A stretch of DNA of 64,000 bases from Polyangiaceae bacterium (GTDB lineage: Bacteria > Myxococcota_A > Polyangia > Polyangiales > Polyangiaceae): assembly GCA_965222375.1 (NCBI GenBank), contig CBDCTZ010000016.1, positions 2,624,001 to 2,688,000 of the forward strand, read 5' to 3'. Positions 9,163 through 18,971 of the stretch are shown here, in pieces (the first letter of the stretch is position 1; each line of letters begins with the position of its first letter). The translations under genes were made by a program, and so were the position numbers. The notes under the pieces are model-generated. The model searched no databases. It was not told where the DNA came from and saw only the letters and a program-made list of their open reading frames with translations.

Positions 9163-10470
9163 CTACCGCGCAATGCGCTGCAGTAGCAGGGGCGTTGCTT
9201 TGGGAGCCGTGCGTCCAAGCTTGAACGCATTGCGCACGCGGTCGACGTGGGGCTTGGCCTTGGCTTTCGTTTGCGCATGCAATACGGCCAGGGTTTCGCC
9301 CCGCTTGACCCGGTCCCCGGGCTTCTTCGAAAGCTCGATGCCTACCGCGGGGTCGACAGCTTGGTCGGCGCGAGTACGCCCCGCCCCCATGGCAACGCCG
9401 GTCAATCCCAGCTCCAGACAGTCGCAATGGGTAACGTAGCCGCTCTTCGTCGACGCCACGTCGACGGTCGTCTTGGCACGTGGCAGGAGGCTGGGATCTC
9501 GCACCACGCGAGTGTCGCCACCTTGGGCCGCGACCATCTTTTCGAAGCGCGCCAGTCCCCTGCTGCTCGTTATGGCCGCCTCTAACTGCTTGCGCGCCTG
9601 CGAAGCTTTGCGCGTGACTCCGGCCACCACGAGCATCTCGGCACCCAGCAGCAGAGTGAGCTCGCGGGTGTCGTCGGGTCCCTCTCCCATCAACACCTCG
9701 ATCGCTTCACGGGTTTCCAGCGCATTACCGATGGTCGTGCCGATTGGGACGTTCATGTCCGTCAGAAGCGCCACCACCTTCTTCTTTGCTCTGGAGCCGA
9801 CCCGGACCATGGCGCGCGCCAGTTCCCTCGCAGAAGACAGGTCCTTCATGAAGGCACCCCGGCCGACCTTCACGTCGAGCACGAGGCCGTCGATGCCCTC
9901 CGCCAGCTTCTTCGACAGGATGCTGGCGACGATGAACGGAATGAACTCTACGGTGCCCGTGACGTCCCGGAGGGCGTAGATCCGACGATCCGCTGGCGCC
10001 AACCGGGCCGTCTGCCCGATGATCGCCAAGCCAGTCTCGCGAACCTGCTTCTCGAAGCGCTTTGCATTCAGGTCGACTTGGTAGCCCGGGATCGCTTCCA
10101 GCTTGTCGAGGGTGCCGCCGGTGTGCCCGAGCCCTCGGCCCGAGATCATCGGCACGGCTACACCACACTCGGCCACGAGCGGAGCCAAACACAAGCTGAT
10201 CTTGTCGCCGACGCCTCCGGTTGAGTGCTTGTCTACCTTGGGTTTTTTGACCGACGGCAGTGTGAGCACATCGCCGGAGTGCAGCATGGTGTTGGTCAAA
10301 GCGACGGTCTCCTCGTCGCTCATGCCACGCAGATACGCCGCCATGAGAAACGCGCTCATTTGGTAGTCGGCGACTTTGCCCTTCACGTAGCCGTCAATCA
10401 GTTTGCTGATCTCGTCTTCCGAGAGAGTTCCGCCGTCACGCTTCTTGATGATCCAAGGTACTGGGTTCAT
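9163..10470 (-). CDS. pdp: Pyrimidine-nucleoside/thymidine phosphorylase
   Basis: IIKKRDG, DYQMSAFLMA, VDKHSTGGVGDK, MISGRGLGHTGGTLDKLEAIPG, ALRDVTGTV, SILSKKLAEG, DVKVGRGAFMK. Confidence 0.96.
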   Translation of the reverse strand: MNPVPWIIKKRDGGTLSEDEISKLIDGYVKGKVADYQMSAFLMAAYLRGMSDEETVALTNTMLHSGDVLTLPSVKKPKVDKHSTGGVGDKISLCLAPLVAECGVAVPMISGRGLGHTGGTLDKLEAIPGYQVDLNAKRFEKQVRETGLAIIGQTARLAPADRRIYALRDVTGTVEFIPFIVASILSKKLAEGIDGLVLDVKVGRGAFMKDLSSARELARAMVRVGSRAKKKVVALLTDMNVPIGTTIGNALETREAIEVLMGEGPDDTRELTLLLGAEMLVVAGVTRKASQARKQLEAAITSSRGLARFEKMVAAQGGDTRVVRDPSLLPRAKTTVDVASTKSGYVTHCDCLELGLTGVAMGAGRTRADQAVDPAVGIELSKKPGDRVKRGETLAVLHAQTKAKAKPHVDRVRNAFKLGRTAPKATPLLLQRIAR

Positions 10471-10522
10471 GCGCTTTCCAGCATACCCGAGTGCCGCGGC
10501 TGTGGAGCGAATTGGTAGTGGG

Positions 10523-11536
10523 TCAGCGGACCTTTTGCACGCGCCAGAGCGAGTCCAGGAACCATTTTTTTTCGTCGAGGAATTCGGCCTCTATGGCAAA
10601 GCCCGTGTCCTTCGCGAGCGCCGTGATGTCACTTCGCAAATACTTGTAGGAATACTCCGTGTGAATCGGCTCCCAGGCGTCGAAATCGAAAGCGAGCTGC
10701 AGCGCGTCGATAGCAACGCTCTGTTTTTCCACGCTGACGAGGTAGCTTTCCATCGCGCCGCTGAAGACATCGTAGGTGCCGAAGTGACGGAACTTCTCGG
10801 GGTTGAAGTGACCACCCAGCTCGCGGTTGATCCGAGTCAACAGGTTGAGATTGAAGCGGGAGGTTACGCCATCTCGGTCGTTGTAGGCGCGAAGCAGGAC
10901 CTCGATGTCCTTCTTCAGATCGAAGCCAATGAGCAGCAGATCTCCCGGGTTGAGGGCGGTCCACATTCGTCGCAGGAAGGCCCGAGCCCTCGCACGATTG
11001 AAGTTACCGATGTTGGAACCCAGGAACAGAACGAGGTTCCTCCGGTCTCGGTGAGAATGTGCCAAGTGTTCGAGGCCGTCCGTGTACTCAGCGACCAGGC
11101 CGGCGACTTCCATATTGGGAAAGCGCTCGCGGCAGCGCGGCGTCAGCGTTGCTAGGGCCCCCGCGGAGATGTCGATGGGCACGAAACGGAAGTCGACGCT
11201 TCGCTTCTCCAGGTGCTCCAGCAAGATGAAGGTCTTCGCGCCGTCACCGGCGCCGAGATCGACCACGTGCAGCGCGCCGTCGGCCACTGCGTCAGCGATG
11301 TCGCCGCGATAGGTCTCCAAGATCTCGCGCTCGCAGTTCGTGGGGTAGTAGTCCTCGCAGGCCATGATCTGCGTGAACAATCGGCTGCCCTCATCGTCGT
11401 AAAAGTAGCGCGAAGGCAGCCGCCGCGGACGTTCCGACAGTCCGGTCAGAACCTCGTATGCGAACTCGCGGTCAGAGGAACGGACTTCCTGGGGCTCCAG
11501 GGTGCGAAAATCCTCTTGGGTGGTTGAATTGGCCAC
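10523..11536 (-). CDS. egtD: L-histidine N-alpha-methyltransferase (EgtD family)
   Basis: LPSRYFYDDEGSRLF..I...DYYPTNCE, DLGAGDGAKT, PIDIS, FLGSNIGNF, GFDLKKD, AYND..GVT..FNLNLL.RIN.ELG, IHTEYSYKY. GTG 11536 is preceded by AGAGGAG. Confidence 0.9.
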   Translation of the reverse strand: MANSTTQEDFRTLEPQEVRSSDREFAYEVLTGLSERPRRLPSRYFYDDEGSRLFTQIMACEDYYPTNCEREILETYRGDIADAVADGALHVVDLGAGDGAKTFILLEHLEKRSVDFRFVPIDISAGALATLTPRCRERFPNMEVAGLVAEYTDGLEHLAHSHRDRRNLVLFLGSNIGNFNRARARAFLRRMWTALNPGDLLLIGFDLKKDIEVLLRAYNDRDGVTSRFNLNLLTRINRELGGHFNPEKFRHFGTYDVFSGAMESYLVSVEKQSVAIDALQLAFDFDAWEPIHTEYSYKYLRSDITALAKDTGFAIEAEFLDEKKWFLDSLWRVQKVR

Positions 11537-11692
11537 GCTCTCCTCTTTGACGCGTGCACGGACGAGTGCCCGGGAGCGCGTCCGCCCATCGTTGCGAACC
11601 GCGAAGGTGATCGCAACCCGTCGGCGAGACTTTTTGCACAAAACCCAGCAGCACCGGCGAAAGGCGCCAGCGCTCCGAGGCTCGTAGCCCGC

Positions 11693-14600
11693 TCAGAGAG
11701 TCGGATTCTGGTCGAAGCAGCAGCGGAAGCCGGCGTCGAAGAGCTTGAAATCCTTGTCCACGCTGAAGAACGTAAAGTTGCACTCCGCGCCGGCCTCTGC
11801 GGCGGTGTTGAAGCCGCCGCCCATCAACTTGTACACGCAGGTGTTGGTGGGTGAAGAGCAGCCGCTGCCGCTCTCTCGAACGATTTCCCAGAGGTTGCCA
11901 GTCACGTCGCGGATGTTGTTGTTCGCTGCGCCGTTTCCGGTCGTTCCAGCCCAATCTGCCCAGCAGTTCTGCAGCGACCCTGAGGCCGTGGGCAACAGAC
12001 CGTTCGTAATGCCATTCGCGGGGTTCCCATCGAAGTCGAAAGGTCCGATGTTGCAGCGCCTTCCGGAACCAGTGCTGTAGGTTCCGGGCAACTGGCAGGC
12101 GGGAGTGCCGCCACCGGTGCGGGGGTTGTAGCCCCACCGACAACTATTCGTGGTCGTCCGACATGCGGTCTGCCAATCGCCACGGTTACACAGGCGCCCA
12201 CCTCGGGCCTCGCAGGTCTGCGCGGCTTCCACCGGTGTGAGGTTGAACCATGGAATCACGCCCGCGACAGAGCAACCTTGGGTCTTGTCCTGGGGCGTCC
12301 CGGCCGGAGCGCTCACCTGGTAGCCATTGCCGCTACCAGGATTGATGTTGGTCGCTCCGGTCCGGCTGATCTCGTACTGGCTGACCCAGAGATTCGAGGA
12401 AAGCTGGGTTACGGCCGGTCGTACGAAGTTCGCCGTGTTGGTGCCCTTGCCTCCCGGATACGAGGTCGTGACCTTGAAGGGTTCGTCCACGGAGCCGTCG
12501 CAGTCGTTGTCTGCGTTGTCGCAGAGCTCCGGACCCGCCGCGCCGTTGTTCTTGACGGCGTTGCAAGCCGTCGCCGATGCGCCGCTGCAGACGAACTGTC
12601 CGGTGGTTCGGCACTGCCCGTGGCCGGGGGGTGGCAGGCCGTCATCGCTGGCGCAGGCCTGACCGAGGTAGCCCTGGTTGAGCAGTGGCGGCTTGAAATT
12701 CTCATCCGTGGCACCGTTGCAGTTGTTGTCTCGGTTGTCGCAGGTGTCCGTGGTCGATGCGCAGTCCGGGGGGGTGCCCGTGCAGTAGTTGGTGGTGAAG
12801 GAGCACTGCCAGCCACCGTTGTTGCAGGTCACGTCCACGCCAATCGGATTTCCTGGAGTCCGGGCTAGGCAACCGTTGTCGGTGGCCGCCGCTGCAACGC
12901 CGCAGACCTGAACCGGACTGGGCGTCGGACTTACGCTCTCGTCCACCTGGCAGTTGCAGTTGTCGTCGATTCCGTTGCACTGCTCATTCGAAGAAACGAA
13001 GGAGCAGAAGCGCTCGCAGTCGTTGTTGTTGCCGTCGCAGTTGATGTAATTGGCCTCGCAACCCGTACGTACGCAAGTTCCCGATTGACAGGCCCAGGTT
13101 CCGTGACCGGTTGGCGAGATTTGTGTGCAATCGTTGCCACAGGTTCCGCAGTTCTTCACATCGTTCTGCAAGTCAGGTTGCCCGCTGAGGGTGCCGTCGC
13201 AGTTGGTGTCCTCACCGCATTTGTCCGTGGCGCTCTGCGCTTCGATGGCCCCTTGGCAGAGCTTGACCCCGCCCACGCAGGCAAGGGCGCCCTTCTGGCA
13301 GGGCTGGGGCACGCCGGGTGGCGGCGGGGGAGGCACTTTGCAGTCGCCCACCGCGTCGCCTGGCGGACTGGCGCATACTTTGTCGGCTGCGCTGGAGCGG
13401 ACCAGGCACAGTTTGCCCCCGGTGCATTGAGCGTCGGAGGTGCAAGAAACCGGCGTACCGGGGCCGATGGTGCCGTCGATTACGCCATCGCAATCGTCAT
13501 CCTGGCCGTTGCAGATGTCGGTGGTTGGGTCGGTTTTGCCCTGGCAGACCAACACGCCACTCTGGCACTGCTCGGTGCCCGTCTGGCAGTTGCCCACGGA
13601 GCTGCCACAGGTGCCACCCTCGTCCACCGGGCTGTCGTCCGGTGTTCCGTCGCAATCGTCATCCAGGTTGTTACAGATTTCCTGCTTCTCATTCGGTTTG
13701 ATGACCTGGGGCCCGGTTGGAGCGTCACATAGCCCGTTTCGCAGACCCTTGACCGGAAAGTTCGGGTTTGTGCCGCTCAAGTTGTTCGAGTCCGGGTCAC
13801 AGCAGGTAATCACACCGCCGAGGCACTTGTTCAGGCCCTGATTCACGGCCGCGGCACAAATGCCTTGGGTGCCGCCGAAACACGGTTTGCCGACGTCGGG
13901 ATCCTGAAGCTCCAAGCTATCGTCTGCGTTGTCGATCTTGCCGTCGCAATCGTTGTCCACGCCGTCGCAGACTTCGTTGCCCGTGGGCGTGCACTCGTAT
14001 TCGCAACCGTTGCCGGGGGAATTGTCCGCGTCGTAGAAGCCCGGGTTGCACTTGTCGACTTCGCAGGTCGTGTTGTTGGTGGTGCACTGGGCGCCACCGG
14101 TCGCGGTTGTGACGCATTTGGCGGTTCCGTTTGCGATGACGCACTTGTTGCCGCACTTGCCGCAGTTCTCCGTGTCGGTGCAGGTGTTCATGTCTTCATC
14201 CACCTGGCCGTCGCAGTCGTCATCCTTGCCGCAACCGTCTGCGCCACCGGTATCCACGGTGTTCGTCCCGTTTGGATTCCATGTGCACTGGTATTCGCAC
14301 CCCAGGGTTTCCGGCTTGGTCGGATCATCCTTCTTGATGTCGTACCAATCCTGCTCGCATTTCTCGCGTTTGCAGGTGCCCGGGGTCTTGCCGTCCAAGG
14401 TGGCTGGGGGGTCGCAGCTGGGGTTGACGACGTGGGGGATGGTTGCGCAGTTGTTGTCGCACGTACCGCAGGTCTGGACCTTCGTGAAATCGATGCCTTC
14501 GTCGGTTTGACCGTTGCAGTCGTTGTCGAGGCCGTCGCAAATCTCGACTCCGTTGTTGGTGATCTGACAACCGTCGCTGCCGGAGTCCAGGTTGATGACG

Positions 14601-14788
14601 CTGCCGTCATTGCCACCCGTGCCGGACTCGATCACAGGACCGTCAAAGCCACCGCCGTCACCCGTCGTTCCACCAGAACCGGTGCCCTCACCTTCACAAT
14701 CGTCGAAGCAATAGCTCGAGGTAGTACACCCGGTGCTGAAGACCAGGCCAAGAGCAGAGCTCACCACAATGGCGCTAAGCCACTTCAT
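11693..14788 (-). CDS. Cys-rich lipoprotein: about 9 MopE-like (E-x-C-D-G-x-D-N-D-C-D-G-x-x-D-E) repeats and a C-terminal FGE-sulfatase/C-type-lectin-fold domain
   Basis: Lipobox LVFSTG-C. Repeats such as EICDGLDNDCNGQTDEG. C-terminal YEISR...PWFNLTPVEAAQTC...GGRLC...WQTAC...DVTGNLWE...MGGGF...GFRCC. Start overlaps the upstream stop (ATGA, 14785-14788). Confidence 0.85.
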   Translation of the reverse strand: MKWLSAIVVSSALGLVFSTGCTTSSYCFDDCEGEGTGSGGTTGDGGGFDGPVIESGTGGNDGSVINLDSGSDGCQITNNGVEICDGLDNDCNGQTDEGIDFTKVQTCGTCDNNCATIPHVVNPSCDPPATLDGKTPGTCKREKCEQDWYDIKKDDPTKPETLGCEYQCTWNPNGTNTVDTGGADGCGKDDDCDGQVDEDMNTCTDTENCGKCGNKCVIANGTAKCVTTATGGAQCTTNNTTCEVDKCNPGFYDADNSPGNGCEYECTPTGNEVCDGVDNDCDGKIDNADDSLELQDPDVGKPCFGGTQGICAAAVNQGLNKCLGGVITCCDPDSNNLSGTNPNFPVKGLRNGLCDAPTGPQVIKPNEKQEICNNLDDDCDGTPDDSPVDEGGTCGSSVGNCQTGTEQCQSGVLVCQGKTDPTTDICNGQDDDCDGVIDGTIGPGTPVSCTSDAQCTGGKLCLVRSSAADKVCASPPGDAVGDCKVPPPPPPGVPQPCQKGALACVGGVKLCQGAIEAQSATDKCGEDTNCDGTLSGQPDLQNDVKNCGTCGNDCTQISPTGHGTWACQSGTCVRTGCEANYINCDGNNNDCERFCSFVSSNEQCNGIDDNCNCQVDESVSPTPSPVQVCGVAAAATDNGCLARTPGNPIGVDVTCNNGGWQCSFTTNYCTGTPPDCASTTDTCDNRDNNCNGATDENFKPPLLNQGYLGQACASDDGLPPPGHGQCRTTGQFVCSGASATACNAVKNNGAAGPELCDNADNDCDGSVDEPFKVTTSYPGGKGTNTANFVRPAVTQLSSNLWVSQYEISRTGATNINPGSGNGYQVSAPAGTPQDKTQGCSVAGVIPWFNLTPVEAAQTCEARGGRLCNRGDWQTACRTTTNSCRWGYNPRTGGGTPACQLPGTYSTGSGRRCNIGPFDFDGNPANGITNGLLPTASGSLQNCWADWAGTTGNGAANNNIRDVTGNLWEIVRESGSGCSSPTNTCVYKLMGGGFNTAAEAGAECNFTFFSVDKDFKLFDAGFRCCFDQNPTL

Positions 14789-17700
14789 GATCGATCTCCT
14801 TCAGTCAAGCTGTTGCCGGGACGTTTCCGACGGCAAGTTTTGCGACGCCTTGCGGCGGCGAGAGTGATCGCAGCGCCCAGGAGGGCGAGGCCAGCGGGAG
14901 GCCAGCGGGAAGGTTTGGTGGTGCGGCAGGCGCAGCCGCCGCCACCGGTCGCTAGGCCCCAGACGCCCTTCTCGGGCTTGCTGCTGGTGGTGCGACCGCC
15001 CGTGCCCGTACTGCCACTGACACCCGCGTCCGGATCGCTGCCGCCGACACCGGCGTTGCCACCCGCACCCCCGGTACCACCGGCGCCGCCCGCGCCCGCT
15101 TCAGGAGCCCAGTGACACTCGCCGGCGACGCACTCTTGAGCTGCCGGGCAGACGACGCCTTCACAGGGGTCATTGCCGCAAGCTCCGGTCTTCGGATCGC
15201 AAGTAGCACCGTTGGCACAGGGCAATCCGCCCTCGGTGATGCACTTGTTGGGACCGCAGGAGAAGCCGCCGTCGCCGTCGCCCTGGCAAACCTGCCCGGT
15301 TGGGCAGTCGGAGCCGCAGCCCGTGGCAGTGCAGGTGCCTTCGACGCACTCTTCACCGGCGGAGCAGGTCACGCTGGCGCAAGAGCCGACGCAGCGGGCG
15401 TCGTCGAAGGTGGCGTTGGGCTTGCAGACTTCGTCCGCCTTGCAGGGGTTGGGGCTGCAAGGATCGGCGACACAGACGCCGTTGTTGCAGAGCTTGCCAT
15501 CGGGGCAGCCGAAGAAGTTGCAGTTGCCCGTGGGTTGACAGGTGCCCGCGGCCGGGCCTTGCAGAGCACATTCCTGTCCGCTGGTGCAGACGATGCCGTC
15601 GCAGGGGTGCACGCACTTATTACCCTTGCACAAGCACTCGGGTAGTTTGCCTGCGGTCCCGCTCGGTCCGCACAGGACATCGCCGGTCGTCGGGTCCTTG
15701 ACCGTCTTGGCGGAGCAGTCGCCACAGTTGTCGCTGACGCAGAAGTCGCCGGCGGACTGCTGAGTGCCGCTCTTCTTGACCTGCTTGCACTGGCTGCCGG
15801 TGGGGCAGGGGAATTCGCCGGTGCCGCAAGGCTCGGCGCACTGACAGGCACCGGCCTGCACTTCCACGCAGGTCTTGCCGGGATTGCACAGCGCCGGCCC
15901 GGTGGGCGGATTCTCATTGTCGACCACGCCGTCGCAGTCGTTGTCCGCGCAGTCGCAGATCTCTGGGCTGGGGCCTACGCCGCCAGCACAGGTGAATTTG
16001 CCCTTGTCGCAGATCCACTCGCCTTGCCTGCACTCGCCCTTGTTCACGCCGCAGGCGTCGCCGATCTTGGTGCCAGGCTGCAAGGGGTCTTCGGTGCCGT
16101 CGATGCCATCGGGAGCGGGACCGGACTCGTCGATCTGACCGTCGCAGTCGTTGTCCTTGCCGTCGCAGACCTCCGGGCTGGGCCCGACGCCGCCGTTGCA
16201 GATCTGCCCGCCATTGCCGTCACAGGCAGTGACGCCGGGCTTGCACTCACCCTTGGTGCGGTCGCCCGGGTAGGCGTTGGTGTCGTAAGTGGCGTTGCAG
16301 GCACCGCCGAGGGGGATGCCGTTGTCGATGGTGCCGTCGCAGTCGTCATCCTTGCCGTTGCACAGCTCGGTGATTGGGCCCTGCCCGCCATTGCACTTGA
16401 TGGTGCCGTTGTCGCAGATATTGGTGCCCTTCTTACACTCACCGACGTCGGAGCCGCAGGCCACGCCGACGGGGGGCCCGAGGGCCTCGTCGGTCTGGTT
16501 GTTGCAGTTGTTGTCGGTGCCGTCGCAGACCTCGGGGGTGGGCTTGGTGCCGCCTTGGCACTTCCACCTGTTGGCGCCATCGCAGACGAGGGTGCCGGTC
16601 TGGCAGGGCGAGCTCAGCGTGCCCGTGCCCTGGCAGGTGCCACCCGCAGGCGGACACCAGGTCAGGTTTTGGTGCGAGCAGACCGGATTGCAGCCCGTGG
16701 GAGGCTCGGTCCAACAACCCGGAGCAGCGGGCTGATCCGTCAGGGGTGCGTTGTCGGCGGTGCCGTCGCAGTCGTCGTCGAGGCCGTTGCAGCTCTCGGG
16801 CTGAGGCGGGGTGCCGCCCTGACAGACGATGACGCCGCCGACGCAGGCCGTCGTGCCCTTCTTGCACTGGCCCGTAGCTAGACCGCAGCTGGCGCCCAAG
16901 TTGGGCACGCCCTCGTCGACCTGGCCATCACAGTCGTTGTCGATGCCGTCACAGACTTCCTGAGAGGGGCCCGTGCCGCCGGTGCAGGTGCCGTTGCAGG
17001 GCAGCAGGCCCTTGGTGCACTGACTGTTGGGGAAGCCGTCTTCCTTGTACTTCAGGCTCGGATTGGGCGTGCAGGGCACCGGCGGGATCCCCTCGTCGAT
17101 GGTGCCGTTGCAGTTGTTGTCCAGTCCGTCGCAGATCTCGGACTGGGTGGTGAATTGGCAGGCGCCGAAGCCCTTGGGCTGGCCAGCCGGCACGCAGCCG
17201 CCCACGGCCACTGGGGTGCCCGGATAGCCCGGAGCTGGACCGGCGCTCTGGCAGTGGCGCACACCGGCGCAGTTGGCCGGGGGCGAGAAGCCGCAAGCGA
17301 TGTCGGCGATGCCGTCGTCAGCGAAGCCGTTGCAGTTGTTGTCGCAGCCGTCACAGATCTCGGCGCTGGGCGTGCAGCCGCCCGGGCAAGCACTGAAGGG
17401 CACGCCGGAGCCCGCGGCGTTGTCGATGATGCCGTCGCAATCGTCGTCGTCGTTGTCGCAGACTTCGGGCTGCGGACAGGCCGGGGGGCTGCCGCATTTG
17501 TTGAAGCCCTCGTCGATCTGGCCGTCGCAGTTGTTGTCGACGTTGTCGCAGATTTCCTTGGGGTCGAAGCACAGCCAGGTCGCGGGGTTTTGCGACTGGG
17601 GCACCGTGGTGCAGGGCAGCAGATCCAGATTGCCCTGAGGGTTGGCCGGAGTGATCGAGTTTTGGTAGTTGGTCAGGCAGTTGTTGCGCTGGGTCTGATT

Positions 17701-18963
17701 GGCCCAGGAGCAGCAGGTCTTGCCCGCGCCAGTGTTGCAGAAGTGGCTGTAGCCCTCGTCGATGCAGGTATTGCAGTTGTCGTCGGCGTTGTTGCAAACC
17801 TCGGGCTTGATCGCCCCAGAGATGATGTTGGCCAGGGCTTGGGCCAGCTCGACCTCGTTGCTGGCGACTAGAGATGTCGTGGTGCCACCAGCCGCCGCGA
17901 TGGCGTCCGTGTTGCCCTTGTTGGCGCCAGCGAACCCGATGACGTGGGTCTTGATCTTGTAGTTATTGCTTCCAAAGGTGACGCCAGTGGTGAACATGGC
18001 GGACGCGGCGGCCACAGCGGCCGTCTGGGTATTGCCGGTGCCGCAGTTGGCATTGCCGTCGGTCACGAGCAGCACGTTCAGATCGCGGCATGCCGGATCG
18101 CCCGTGGTCATCGGGGTGGGGCTCGTGGTTGTGAAACCACTTGCGCAGTAGTTGCTGGTGCCCCAACCGGGATTCCAGCCGCTGAGGAAATACTGGTGGA
18201 CGCTGCGCAGAGCGCCGCCCGTTGGCGTGCCGCCCAGGGCATAGATCTCCCTACTGTTGTCCGTGCGCCCGTCGAACCATTCGAGCAGCGTGGCGACGTT
18301 GCTGGGGCCAGGAGGCGCCGTGTCCTGGAGCATATCTACGACGATGTTGCCCGCATTGCGCCAGGTGCCCTTCGCGAAGTTGGGCGCCGGGGGACCTGCG
18401 GCCGAGCAATTCGGGAAGTTTCCGCAGGTTGTGCCCGTGCTCCAGTTCGGAAATGAGGACATGGTGCAGCCTCGAGCCGAATAGAACTCCCCTTCCGTAC
18501 CGAGGGCATTGGGTGGATTGCAGCTACCGTTGGCGTTGGTGCATGAGTCCGTGACAGTGCCGTTCGCGCAACCAGTCATGCGGGTTGCGAAAGTGGAGAG
18601 ACCGAAGTTCACCTCTCCCGCGAAAGCCTGAATGGTTTGCCTAAGCGCGCACTTGGCGTCGTTGAGGCGGGTTGGCTCCATGTTGCAGCTGTTGTTCGGC
18701 GCGGTGCTGGGACATGAGTTGGGCCACTGATACGAGCTGCCGCTCGGATTGGTGCAGCCGAGCATGCTGCCGGAGGTATCCACGATCAGCATGAAGTAGG
18801 GCTTTGCGGGCGGCGGCCACATCGACGGATCTGGTGAAAGACAGTCGTAGGGCTGCGCCTGGCTCTCGCCCATCGGGGATAGAAGCGCGGTCAGGGCTGC
18901 CCCAGCGGTGATCAGCGCCTTGAGCCAGAAAGATCTTCGGTGTTTTGCGACGATCGTATTCAT
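14785..18963 (-). CDS. Giant secreted Cys-rich surface protein, copy 2: signal peptide, vWA head, 11 MopE-like repeats, Cys-rich stalk, MYXO-CTERM-like anchor
   Basis: Signal ending ESQA-Q. MIDAS FMLIVDTSGSM, GGTPTGGAL, LLVTDG. C-terminal GGGGCACRTT...LALLGAAITLAAARRRK. ATG 18963 lies 8 nt after the stop of copy 1. Confidence 0.88.
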   Translation of the reverse strand: MNTIVAKHRRSFWLKALITAGAALTALLSPMGESQAQPYDCLSPDPSMWPPPAKPYFMLIVDTSGSMLGCTNPSGSSYQWPNSCPSTAPNNSCNMEPTRLNDAKCALRQTIQAFAGEVNFGLSTFATRMTGCANGTVTDSCTNANGSCNPPNALGTEGEFYSARGCTMSSFPNWSTGTTCGNFPNCSAAGPPAPNFAKGTWRNAGNIVVDMLQDTAPPGPSNVATLLEWFDGRTDNSREIYALGGTPTGGALRSVHQYFLSGWNPGWGTSNYCASGFTTTSPTPMTTGDPACRDLNVLLVTDGNANCGTGNTQTAAVAAASAMFTTGVTFGSNNYKIKTHVIGFAGANKGNTDAIAAAGGTTTSLVASNEVELAQALANIISGAIKPEVCNNADDNCNTCIDEGYSHFCNTGAGKTCCSWANQTQRNNCLTNYQNSITPANPQGNLDLLPCTTVPQSQNPATWLCFDPKEICDNVDNNCDGQIDEGFNKCGSPPACPQPEVCDNDDDDCDGIIDNAAGSGVPFSACPGGCTPSAEICDGCDNNCNGFADDGIADIACGFSPPANCAGVRHCQSAGPAPGYPGTPVAVGGCVPAGQPKGFGACQFTTQSEICDGLDNNCNGTIDEGIPPVPCTPNPSLKYKEDGFPNSQCTKGLLPCNGTCTGGTGPSQEVCDGIDNDCDGQVDEGVPNLGASCGLATGQCKKGTTACVGGVIVCQGGTPPQPESCNGLDDDCDGTADNAPLTDQPAAPGCWTEPPTGCNPVCSHQNLTWCPPAGGTCQGTGTLSSPCQTGTLVCDGANRWKCQGGTKPTPEVCDGTDNNCNNQTDEALGPPVGVACGSDVGECKKGTNICDNGTIKCNGGQGPITELCNGKDDDCDGTIDNGIPLGGACNATYDTNAYPGDRTKGECKPGVTACDGNGGQICNGGVGPSPEVCDGKDNDCDGQIDESGPAPDGIDGTEDPLQPGTKIGDACGVNKGECRQGEWICDKGKFTCAGGVGPSPEICDCADNDCDGVVDNENPPTGPALCNPGKTCVEVQAGACQCAEPCGTGEFPCPTGSQCKQVKKSGTQQSAGDFCVSDNCGDCSAKTVKDPTTGDVLCGPSGTAGKLPECLCKGNKCVHPCDGIVCTSGQECALQGPAAGTCQPTGNCNFFGCPDGKLCNNGVCVADPCSPNPCKADEVCKPNATFDDARCVGSCASVTCSAGEECVEGTCTATGCGSDCPTGQVCQGDGDGGFSCGPNKCITEGGLPCANGATCDPKTGACGNDPCEGVVCPAAQECVAGECHWAPEAGAGGAGGTGGAGGNAGVGGSDPDAGVSGSTGTGGRTTSSKPEKGVWGLATGGGGCACRTTKPSRWPPAGLALLGAAITLAAARRRKTCRRKRPGNSLTEGDRS
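14840..17842. repeat. ~3.0-kb direct repeat, copy A (partner at 19003-22005, offset 4163 bp)
   Basis: Direct comparison by eye. ORF translations in several frames recur identically at +4163 (e.g. 16024/20187, 16289/20452, 17027/21190). Confidence 0.95.
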
Positions 18964-18971
18964 CTCGTTTC

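Noticed and set aside
11693..12420. FGE domain next to egtD read as EgtB
   Set aside because: There is no DinB-like domain or HxxxHxE iron motif, and the protein is an exported Cys-rich lipoprotein.
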